This document shows positions 28,943 through 39,400 of a stretch of 64,000 nt of DNA, in pieces (the stretch's first letter is position 1; each line of letters begins with the position of its first letter). The notes beneath the pieces are model-generated. The model saw only the letters and a program-made list of their open reading frames with translations, had not been told where the DNA came from and made no database searches. Made by a program: the position numbers and the translations under genes. This DNA comes from Methanobacteriota archaeon (GTDB taxonomy: Archaea > Thermoplasmatota > Thermoplasmata > SG8-5 > JAGLSY01), in the NCBI GenBank assembly GCA_020697715.1, contig JAEHCO010000002.1, positions 64,001-128,000 of the forward strand. Reading direction: 5' to 3'.

Positions 28943-29530
28943 TTAAACACCCAATTTGGTCTGCTTAGTATCTATCACTAGGTTACTGGCAGAGAACTTA
29001 TTGATTATAAAATGTAGTATCATCTCATTCAATTCATCATCATATGGTTTTACTGATCTGTAAGCGGGATCATTATATCTTGTTTTGATGCCGCGTTTGT
29101 TCAACACTTTCTTGATCTCGGTTCTTTCTTCACTGGAAATCTTCTTCACATTATTACCTAGATTTGGTCCGATGCCAGACCTTTCAAGTTCTTCCAGGAA
29201 TACTGGCCTTCTGAATAGCTTCTGGAAGCTGTAGACCATGAATGCTGCCTTATCATCATTTATCATATCAAGATCCGCACAGTAAGAACCAATGGTCTCG
29301 TAGATGTCCATGTCCGTTGTCGTGGGTGCGGAGTACACCTTTGAAGGTGGGATATCCTTGGCCTTGACAACATTCAGATCTTCCATCGCTCTTAGATATC
29401 CGGTTAAGATGAGGCGATGTATGTCATACCCTTCTTCTTTGAGAAGCCGGTGTAAGCTTGAAATGGATCTATCTTCATTTTTCAAAGAATCTAGTATTAT
29501 TTCTTTGAATGTTTTGTCTGGTATGAACAT
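28943..29530 (-). CDS. Conserved winged-HTH protein divergent from nrdD
   Basis: SISSLHRLL...HRLILTGYLRAM...PPSKVY looks like a wHTH. Start moved to MFIPD. Confidence 0.7.
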   Translation of the reverse strand: MFIPDKTFKEIILDSLKNEDRSISSLHRLLKEEGYDIHRLILTGYLRAMEDLNVVKAKDIPPSKVYSAPTTTDMDIYETIGSYCADLDMINDDKAAFMVYSFQKLFRRPVFLEELERSGIGPNLGNNVKKISSEERTEIKKVLNKRGIKTRYNDPAYRSVKPYDDELNEMILHFIINKFSASNLVIDTKQTKLGV

Positions 29531-29543
29531 CTGATAACCAACC

Positions 29544-29595
29544 TGGTAACAGATTTGGTAATAAATAAAACCTTCGGCCTTAAATCCTGTTACCA
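29544..29595. promoter_or_regulatory. Inverted repeat in the divergent promoter
   Basis: TGGTAACAGATTT ... AAATCCTGTTACCA. Confidence 0.5.
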
Positions 29596-29781
29596 AATAT
29601 AGTTCAAAAATCTCTTTAAACCATAGATGATATGATAGGGTTCCACATCAGATGAAACAATGTGTATGGTGTATGCGTGGCACACGTATATCGTGTATAC
29701 CCAGTGTTTCGACAAACTGAGGAAGGCATGGAGGAGGCCTGATACAGCAAATGATGATGTATCAGGTAGAGGGTGTTCGTT

Positions 29782-31896
29782 ATGAAACCAGCACAGACCA
29801 AGGAAGGAAGTAGATCCCCAATGGGGATGGGAATTGGAGATCCTGAATCGACAGAATTATCTCTGTTCGTCAGGACATCGGATGAGGATATCAAGGGATG
29901 GGACAGAGCGAAGATCCATGATGCCCTCATTAAGGAAACAAGTATCAGTGAGGACGCGGCATCCATCGTGGCAAGAGAGGTTGAGAAGCTTATAATCAAC
30001 CTCGAATTGGATTATATCACAGCACCCTTGATAAGGGAGTTGACAAATGCCAAGCTAGTGGAATACGGCTTGGCCACGATAAGAAAACAACACACGAGAC
30101 TCGGAGTTCCGTTATATGATGCGAGACAGATAATCATAAACCCGAACAAAGAGAATGCCAATGTCCCACATGGTCCAGAGGCGACGAACCTCACCCTCGC
30201 GGAGAACATAAAGAAGGAATTCGCCCTGATCGAGATATTCGATCCGTCGATCGCAGATGCCCACATGAAGGGCGAGATACACCTTCATGATCTGGGAATG
30301 ATAGACAGGCCGTATTGTAGCGGCCAGTCCATCGAATATGTGAAGAAGTTCGGATTGAATCTACCCGGGGCGATGTCCATAGCGAAGCCAGCCAAACATC
30401 CCGACGTTCTGATAGAACATGTCGTGAAGTTCTCGGCCGCTTTGCAGGGGCATTTTGCCGGAGCGATCGGATGGGATGCCTTCAACCTCTTCCTAGCGCC
30501 TTACCTCGAGAATGTAGATGATGTGCAAATGAAACAGCTTGCCCAAATTTTGGTGTACGAGTTCGCACAGCAAGCTGTCGCAAGGGGCGGTCAGTCAATA
30601 TTCAGTGATCTGAACCTGTATTGGGAAGTTCCCAAGCACTTTGAGAATGTGGAGGCAATAGGCCCAGGAGGAGTTAACCTGGGACATTCCTATGCTGAAT
30701 ACCTTCCCGAAGCGCAGAGATTTGTCAATGCATTGTTCGATGTTTACCTGGAGGGAGATGCTCTGGGACGCCCCTTCTTTTTCCCCAAGCCCAATGTCCA
30801 CATGACCGAGAAGTTCTTCAATAGTGATGGGCATGAAGAATTCCTCAATAAGATATGCACTGTGGCTTCTGAGAAAGGGAACACGTATTTTGTATTTGAC
30901 AGGGGAGACACAGCGAAGATCAGCGAATGTTGCCGTCTTACATTCAAGCTCGAGCAGGGTGATCTGGATGACGCCAAGACACCCTGGAAGATGAGATACT
31001 CCGCCATTCAGAATGTTACTATCAATTTGCCAAGAATTGCCTATGAGGCGAATATGGATGATGATAGGCTGTTCGAACTGATAACAAATAGGATCGAACT
31101 GGTCGCCAGGGCGCACGTTGCTAAGAAAGACTTCATTGTCAAGCTTCTTGGACTTGGCAAGTACGGGCCGCTCTCATTATTAGCGATGGAATTGGATGGA
31201 GAACCATATTACAGAATGCACAGAGCGACATTCCTCGTTGGAATGCTGGGTCTTAATGAGATGGTGCAATTCCACACAGGAGACCAGATGCATGAGAACA
31301 AGGATGCTCTGATGTTCGGCCTTAAGATAATCGCTTACATGAACAAGGAAGCGCAAAGGATCGGGGAAAAGTACGGTATAAAGATGCCACTGGAACAGAC
31401 CCCGGCAGAGTCAACCGCTTACAGGATGGCACGCCTTGACATGAAGTATTATCCACTTCAGGCTCCCACGATCATCAGGGGGGACAAGAGCACTGGAGAG
31501 ATATACTACACGAATTCCACTTACATGAATGTGGGTATCGAGCAAAATCCGATCGACAAGGTGAAGAAAGAGGGTTTATTCCACCCTCTGATAGAAGCAG
31601 GGGCACTTACCCATGTGTGGCTTGGAGAATCCAAGCCCAACCCTGATAGTCTTGCCAATTTTGTGAAGAAGACGATGTGGAACACCCAGAATACGCAGAT
31701 AGCTTTCAGTCCAGAGTTCACATCTTGCCTGGACTGTGGAAGGACAATGAGAGGATTGTCAGAGGCATGTCCCAAATGCTCTTCATTGAATGTGGAGGGC
31801 ATAACCCGGGTGACAGGTTTCTTCTCCAAAGTGGGATCATGGAACAAGGGCAAGACAGGGGAGCTGAACGACAGGTTCAAAGTAGATATTCATTAG
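29782..31896 (+). CDS. nrdD: Anaerobic (class III) ribonucleoside-triphosphate reductase
   Basis: ATP cone, NKENAN, IHLHDL..RPYC, SECCRL, EQTPAES, YYTNS, CxxC...CxxC and RVTGF glycyl-radical loop. Confidence 0.96.
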   Translation: MKPAQTKEGSRSPMGMGIGDPESTELSLFVRTSDEDIKGWDRAKIHDALIKETSISEDAASIVAREVEKLIINLELDYITAPLIRELTNAKLVEYGLATIRKQHTRLGVPLYDARQIIINPNKENANVPHGPEATNLTLAENIKKEFALIEIFDPSIADAHMKGEIHLHDLGMIDRPYCSGQSIEYVKKFGLNLPGAMSIAKPAKHPDVLIEHVVKFSAALQGHFAGAIGWDAFNLFLAPYLENVDDVQMKQLAQILVYEFAQQAVARGGQSIFSDLNLYWEVPKHFENVEAIGPGGVNLGHSYAEYLPEAQRFVNALFDVYLEGDALGRPFFFPKPNVHMTEKFFNSDGHEEFLNKICTVASEKGNTYFVFDRGDTAKISECCRLTFKLEQGDLDDAKTPWKMRYSAIQNVTINLPRIAYEANMDDDRLFELITNRIELVARAHVAKKDFIVKLLGLGKYGPLSLLAMELDGEPYYRMHRATFLVGMLGLNEMVQFHTGDQMHENKDALMFGLKIIAYMNKEAQRIGEKYGIKMPLEQTPAESTAYRMARLDMKYYPLQAPTIIRGDKSTGEIYYTNSTYMNVGIEQNPIDKVKKEGLFHPLIEAGALTHVWLGESKPNPDSLANFVKKTMWNTQNTQIAFSPEFTSCLDCGRTMRGLSEACPKCSSLNVEGITRVTGFFSKVGSWNKGKTGELNDRFKVDIH

Positions 31897-31925
31897 ATAG
31901 TAGATCATACATCACACATCATGAT

Positions 31926-32425
31926 TAACTCCCCCTTTTTTTTTGTATCTTTTTAAAGTAATTTAGAATGAAGTATGTTGATAGACAAAAAAGTGGGACG
32001 CCTTGAAGATATAGTAAGCATATGTAACGCTTCAAGGCTAACTCGCAAAAATGCTAACACATCGAACGGGTATTATTTTGCTCGTAACTCCCCCTTTTTT
32101 TTGTAAACTGATAGCGCGAGCTCGCGCTCTAGTTTACAAAAAAACATAAGATTGAACATCCCTGCCTATCGTTAGACTCCTGGCAGGGTTTTCAAATATC
32201 AGAGCACTATGTAATTGTGACTTATGCGGGAATGCACAAGCGCATTCCCTGAATTGAGAAAACATCTCCCTGCTCCTGCATTTTTCGGGATTTCTACGCC
32301 CTTTGAATATAATTGAATGGCTTCGCAACCCTTGACCAGCAGGCTGGTCCCGGGTGGGGCATCAACCCCAGTTAAATTGATTTGCATTGAAGCAGAGCGA
32401 CGATCCCGAATGAAACGGGATCGGT
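31926..32425. repeat. Cluster of palindromes and hairpins, including an IS200/IS605 right-end-like stem
   Basis: Duplicated TAACTCCCCC(C)T8GTA; ~49-bp palindrome at 32096-32144; CCCTGCC/GGCAGGG followed by GATGTTCAA on the minus strand; several further stems. Confidence 0.55.
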
Positions 32426-32444
32426 TGGATGTTGATATACCGAA

Positions 32445-32672
32445 TCAGTTAACAGTGGCGAACTGAAGTAGAACGTTCTTTCCCTTCAGTTTCTTCTGGA
32501 CCTTGTCCACGAAGTCAATGACCTGGGAGGGAGTTATGTCCTTTCCCTTCCAATCGTACACGAAATCATGGCTTCCAAGGGTTGTATTGAAGCCCATGTC
32601 TATCAGAGTCTCTGTGACTTCCGAGGCAAGTCCGCCGTCGCTATTCAAGGTTACAGTTACGAAAGTTTTCAT
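32445..32672 (-). CDS. Small conserved hypothetical protein
   Basis: 75-aa ORF with purine-rich SD; last gene of the aglB run. Confidence 0.8.
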   Translation of the reverse strand: MKTFVTVTLNSDGGLASEVTETLIDMGFNTTLGSHDFVYDWKGKDITPSQVIDFVDKVQKKLKGKNVLLQFATVN

Positions 32673-32684
32673 ATTCTATCTCTC

Positions 32685-33461
32685 CTACTTTCTTTTTCCA
32701 GCCAGCTTTTTATTGATGAGGATCATTCCTATCAACAGTGCTGAAATTCCGATCAATATGAACAAAGTAGCGGACACATTACTACCTTCGACAAAGAAAT
32801 CCTCAGAGACTTTGATATCTCCCATGATGGGGTCTATTATCCCATCATCGTTGACATCGACGATGATTGTGGATGTGTGCCATCCATCATCTATATCTTC
32901 GGATACCCAATTGGATGTCAGGGTAGTAGATTCTCCAGCTCCCAGGTAAGATAATGTATCGGTGGATATCAGTACGTCATCAACATAGAATTCGACACTT
33001 GCATTTTTTATATTGACCTCTCCTGAATTGAGGATCTTGGTAGAGATGACAACTGGTTCTATCACATTTATATCGAACTCCCTTGTCTGCCACAGAGTGC
33101 CTGTTGGGGATGATACATTGACTATCATGATCATTTCACCAAGATTCGTCATGGCCGTGATGTCGGCAGAGAATGTGTCATTCCCTGCAGTCAAATTCCC
33201 TGTGATCGGTTCTATCTCCAAAGGCGAGGCCCCTGTGATGTTTCTCGCATCTATGTGTACGCTGTATGCCCAGTTACGATCCTGTGGGTCTATCAGAGTT
33301 ATATCATAATGACCTTGACTATTGTGTGCTAGAACATCGGGTCCACTAACATGCAATAATACATCATCCGCATTGCCCTCAGCAGATACCATTGAACCTA
33401 TGAAGGCCATGGAAATAAAGGCCAATGCGATCACTATCGGAATATACTTGCCACGGTTCAT
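32685..33461 (-). CDS. CARDB/Ig-like membrane-anchored protein
   Basis: Signal peptide, ILNSG...VEFYVD...GES...W...G.H, C-terminal TM; start overlaps the aglB stop. Confidence 0.82.
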   Translation of the reverse strand: MNRGKYIPIVIALAFISMAFIGSMVSAEGNADDVLLHVSGPDVLAHNSQGHYDITLIDPQDRNWAYSVHIDARNITGASPLEIEPITGNLTAGNDTFSADITAMTNLGEMIMIVNVSSPTGTLWQTREFDINVIEPVVISTKILNSGEVNIKNASVEFYVDDVLISTDTLSYLGAGESTTLTSNWVSEDIDDGWHTSTIIVDVNDDGIIDPIMGDIKVSEDFFVEGSNVSATLFILIGISALLIGMILINKKLAGKRK

Positions 33462-36400
33462 CTTAACCACCTCTTTTTCTTCATGACATAGAACATTATC
33501 AGACCAAAGGTCACTGATATCACGGTTATGACCCCTCCGATTATCGGGTTCTCTGTTGACACATCATGGATGGAATCACCTGTTATTGTGATATCCCCCT
33601 TGTTCATGTCTATGTCTGGATATGATACAAGTAGGCTTTCAGAGTCATACACCGAGGTATCATCCTGAGAAGTGGTTCCTATCATCAGAGAAACAGTTCT
33701 ATATGGATTATCACTTATTTGCTCCAGAGTGATTGGTAGAACAGCATTGCCATTCGCGAGTATCGAGACATTGAATACCTCGGTACCATCTGCTGACAGA
33801 TCTCCGCTAGTGAACTTCACATCCCAACCATTGGTCTCCAGTTCTTCTTGATTGACAATATAGACCCTTACATTATCATCAATATTACCGTTATTGTTGA
33901 TGTTAACGTTCCAGTTCAGTGTTTGTCCATCCATGGTGATAGGTATTGGTGATCCCATCACATTTAATTCATAGACATGCTCGATGGAGATGTCCAATGT
34001 CGTGGTCTTTTGAAGTCCCGCACTCTTCATCGAAGCAACTGTGACGACAACGGGGTCGTGTTTGACAAGGGAGCCTTCAGTTACTGTGAACTGTGCAGTG
34101 ATCGTGCGCTTCGCTCCAAAGTCAAGATCTATCCTTGACTCGGAAACAGTAGGTGACCAATCTGCTCCTCCTCCATTTATTATGATATCATAGGTGTCCG
34201 GGGCATTTCCCAGGTTCTCTATTATGATCTCGTATTCAACGACTGTTGTGGGTGATATTACACCAGTGAACAATGGAGTTGAGGATACAGCAATATCAAA
34301 GCTCTCTATTTTTGTCAGAGGTAAGTTTTTTCGCAGATCATCGATAACCTCTATCTGAGTGTCGAGAGTGTATACGACATCAATGTTATTCTCAACATTG
34401 GTGAGATCCCCACTCACATCATAGGTATCGTCTGGAAGCCAGATATTGTAATGTCCATCAGAGTCTGTTGTGATGTTTATGCTTCCAGATGTTGTTCGGA
34501 AGTCAAGCATTGTTTCCTTGTGCTGGTTGAGATTGAAATACACTTCGCCAGATACCCCATATCCCTTATCCAGGGTCATGTTCATTATGATCTTATCATA
34601 AACATACAGGTCGACCGAGTCAAGGTAGACATCGTTTGATGCAGGGTCATGGGCATATATATCATATGGCCCTGGTTGGATCATGAATTCATAATGTCCG
34701 TCCATGTCGGAGGTCACGCGATATGTTTCTCTGCTGGATCTGAAGACGATCTCTGTATTGGCTCCACTATCTCCATTATCGAGTGTGATATTTCCTGAAA
34801 TATCAATTAAGAACTCTTTGCGTTGCAAGTCAAGGTCTTTCATAACAGAAGTACCGACCATTGTCGATATGGTCACATTGTCGGTGCTATCCTCTTCATT
34901 AAGATAGTACTTGTAGGTTGTAGTGAGGCCACTATCTTCAGATTGGCTTAGGAATCCTATATCAATTCTGTAGTTCTTGCCACTTACAAGGTATACGGAA
35001 TAATCCGAATTCTCATCTGTCACGGCATAGATCACATCATCATTGCTAAGATCTGTAAAGACGATCTCATGCCCCTCGAAGGTGTCTATCCCATAGGTAA
35101 CTTGGCCAGATAGTTCGAAGGCAGGTTTGAGTGATACCGATATCTCGGCCATGGCCGAGACATTGAACACATCACATTCCATGAATATGTTCTCCCCTTC
35201 TGCGAAATGAGCCTGTACGATATAATCACCAGGGACAAGGTAAAGATCCATTCCTCCCGACTCAATATCTGCCGACATGTACTCTGGTCCTATGAAGGAA
35301 ACATTTCCTGCGGTTGGGGCGCCTTCTAACAGTAGTTCCATATTGAATTTGATCCTCTTCTGGACGGTCAAGTTCATCTCAATATCAGAACCTGTGTATA
35401 ATCCAGTGAACATAACGAATTCTTCTTCTATCTGTAAGATCTCCGTGTCATTGTCCAATGTGGTATTCTTCTCTATATTGACCACGTATAGACCCGGAAC
35501 AAGCTCTGTTGTAAAGGTACCATCAGTTTCCATCTGGACCGAATTATCCACTCCCCCATCTTCTATGGCGGAAGTGAATTGGATGAATGCATTCTCATTT
35601 AGAAGTAGCTCATCATCATAATAGACAGTTCCAGTCACAGGAATGATCTCTGGGATCAATTCCTCTATGAATGCAGTTTCCATCATGGTCGAGTGAGACA
35701 TGCGTCCCAGGTCAAGAGTGTGGTATCCTTCCTTGACCACTTCTATTGTGTAGTATATGTTTGTATAAAGTGATCTATTAGCAATTCCATTGATGTCCGA
35801 AACAGAGGTTATTACTTGGCCATTATCCAGTTTGTAGTATATGGTCGCACCTTCTATTCCTTCACCAGCTTGGATCTCACCATCTCCATTGATGTCTCTG
35901 AATATGGCCATGGTGTTCTTGAAAGCCTCTTCCAGTGATATAGTGATCTCATCATTGTTCGCATTGAATGTTTGACGGGATGCATGCACGTACTCTTCAG
36001 AAGCATAGATGTCTGAGGAATATATGTCATAGACTCCTGGAGGTATGTTGATACTGAAGGATCCTTCTTCATTGCTGATAGCGGTAATGAGGAAATCATC
36101 ATCAACGGATTTCATGTATATTGCCTGGTTGGCTATTGGAAGATCAACATTCGTTCTTACTACATCTCCTTTGACCTTCACCCCTTCCAATAATATGATG
36201 TCTGCGGTTGCATCACTGAACAGATCCATTCGTGAAGCATACACATATTCCTTATCGTCAACAGGATAGCTACAATAGATCATGCTGATCCCCACATCAA
36301 GGTTTGCTTCGAAGACTCCATCCTCATCTGATATCAAGAGTATGTCTGATTCCTGACCATCATCGAGGAAGGTCACTCTGATATTGGCTTGAGGTGCAGG

Positions 36401-39400
36401 ATTTCCTGATGGCATCGATATTGTTCCTTGGAGCATTATTGAATCTGCTAATGTCAGAGTTATTGAATTGTTCTCAAGGTGCTTGATCTCTATCGAGGTC
36501 AATGAACTTGCCTGACCCTCATATGTGGCCTGGATCTGATAATCTCCATAAAGAAGGTTATCGAATGCAAAGGATCCATTATCGCCTGTTGTTGTGATCT
36601 TTGCATCTTCATTTCGTATCCATATCTCGACCTCGGCTCCAATAACAGGCTCTCCTTCTGGTCCATTGACCGACCCGGTCAATGGCGTTGGTTCAAGACC
36701 CCACAGGCCTTCTGTGGATTGTCCAGAGATATATGTCTGGGCGACCGTCGTGATAGGTCTTCCTGCATATGATATGTCAACTGTAGCTGGTCCAGGTACG
36801 AAATTGTCTATCACAAGTTTTCCATCTTCGTCTGTAACACCTGTGATGGAATATTCTAGATTATCACTTGTTATAGTTACGTCCGCGCCTGCCAGGACTT
36901 CATCATCGACCTCATAGTAGATGCCGTCCCCGTTAATGTCCCAGTAGACCCATCCATCAATAGAAGCACTTGGTATGACAACATCATGCTTGATCATATA
37001 ATCATAGATGCCGTCCCCATTCTTGTCCACTTCTTCTCTCATGGCCTGATAGTCCTCGATGAACATCTCTGTGGAATTCAATTCAGAACCAATGAGTGTC
37101 AATGGGTTGAGTTCTCCGTAGGACACTGTTACAGTTATATCATCGTATGGAACAATAAGTGAGTACTCACCTTTTGCATCAGTGGTCACTGTGTGATGTG
37201 GTATATCGAAATTGTCATGAACTGTTACAGAAGCTCCTTCTACAGGGGTCCCATCATCCAGTGTCACTGCACCGCTTACTATAGCTCCATCATAGTATTT
37301 CAGGATCATAACGCCCTGATACATGCTGGACCTGTCACTGAGATCGGATATTCCATTTCCAGATGTCTGTTTTTCATACGCATCCCAATATTCGGTCGCG
37401 CGCCAGGCATCTGTGTGGTTCTGTATATTGCTCATGTCATAAGGATTCCAATAAGCGGTCCTATGCTCCAGTTTGAAGTGGGTCATATTCCATGCAGGCA
37501 TGATCGGTGTTTCGGTCATGCTTGCGCTGACAGCAGGTATGCCGCCATCATCATTGCTCATCCCTACATCTTCGCCACTGTAACCAACAAAGGCTTTGTA
37601 AAGCATTGAATTGTAGAACATATCCTGATAAACGATCTTGTATGGGTTGTTCGGGTCAAGGTTCACATCGGCTGGGATCTCTCCCAGATCGTATTCGCCT
37701 CCGAATTCTCCAACTGCCTTGATCTGCCAGAAATCATATGGCTGATTTCCTTCATCTCCACTTGATATTCTGTGATCAGAAAGCTTTGCAGGCGCATAGA
37801 AAATACCTGTGTTCTGAGCACTGAATGGGAATAATCTGCTGTCTATGGCGAAGTATCTTATGGAATCACCAGAAAGGTCTCTTATATCATTATATAGAGA
37901 TACTATCTGTTCCAGATTTAGATTCTCTGATATCTCTCCACGAACTGCAAGGTATTTTGCATTTTCTGGCTGTAAGATCTCATCCCTTGGACTATAAATA
38001 TCTGGATTATCCCATATCAATTCTTTGTATTCATCAGGGTTGATCAGCATATTCGCGATCCTATCGGTATCTAGACCATATGAATCAAGTAGAACTATCA
38101 TCTCAGGGCTCATCTCATAGGCGACATCATACATAGGTCCACGCCAATCTGCCTCGATTATCCTTGTGATAAGAAGAGCTATAGCATCGGCCTCGCCTTG
38201 AGCCATTATGAAGTTACCTGCCAACTGGTGACCACCAAGGAAATTATCGGCCACTGTCGGGTGTTGACCTTCATTTACAGCTTCGAAACCATAATCCCAC
38301 CAACTTAGATATGCTGGTCTATCTTCAGGTGGATAAATATCCTGATCCTGAGTGGCCAGCCAATCATAGGCCGCAGGGTAATATTTGCTATTCTGAGGTA
38401 GTGAGTAACCAAAGGCTCCGAAGAACCAATTGGTACCATTTATCGCATCATAGGATTCTGGTTGTAGGAACAGTGGCATTGTGTCGTATACTTGTTTGTC
38501 ATATGTCAATTTTGTTTCATACGGTATACCTGCATCGATGCCAGTCCATACATTTGGAAGAACTATGGCGAATGCAAGGAATAGAATTCCAACTACAAAG
38601 GAGATCTTGCTTTTCCTTATGATCATAAGAAGTATGATATCCATAAAAAGCAAAGCACCAAGAATGAAAGCATGGGTCGCAGATGTAAGCTCCCAATTTC
38701 CGATGACAAATCCATACATGTAAATTATTGCTCCAGTTATTGGGATCAATAGAGCCAACAGGTAGTATGTCCTGTTCGGGTTCAATTCCGCTATGGTGTT
38801 CATAAGCAATACGGACACAAGTGCCAGTATGCCGATCACCAAAACTGCCATGGCAATGCCGATATCCGTGGATAGGCCAGCCACTACGGCCAGTAATACC
38901 GCACCAGATACCAACAGACCGATCTTGAAACTCTTTGGGATCGGAGCGCTTACGAGACGTTTCTGCGTATCAATGAACTCTCTGAAATTAAGCTTCTCGA
39001 TAATCAAAGCTATTACCCATGCCGCTGTAATTGCGAAAACAGGAGCGGCATTGAACATGAAACGAGCTGCGTTTATGGCCATGTAGATAGATGTGGCAGT
39101 CCATACAAGCACGAAAATATAATCGAACTTCATGCGCTTTGGCAATTGGTAAGCTGCCCAAGCAATACCTATGAAGGAAAGCCAGAAGGTCATGACACCA
39201 AATGATAGGGCTAGATTACTGAATGGAGGTGCCTGCGCTTCTGCAATGGTTTGATACTGTTTGTTCTGAACAAAGTATCCTGCACCGCTTGCGACCGCAT
39301 TTGTTATGGTATCATATGTTTCTGGTATTGCTAGCTTCATGACGAACACTGCAATTATTGCGAGAATCAAAGAACCAACAATGACAAGAAGCCATGGAAG

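Noticed and set aside
29750-29800. ATGATGA C-box in the nrdD leader
   Set aside because: No suitably spaced D'/D boxes.
31926-32425. SRP RNA, RNase P RNA or CRISPR array
   Set aside because: No SRP helix-8 or RNase P P4 consensus was seen, and there are no regularly spaced identical repeats.
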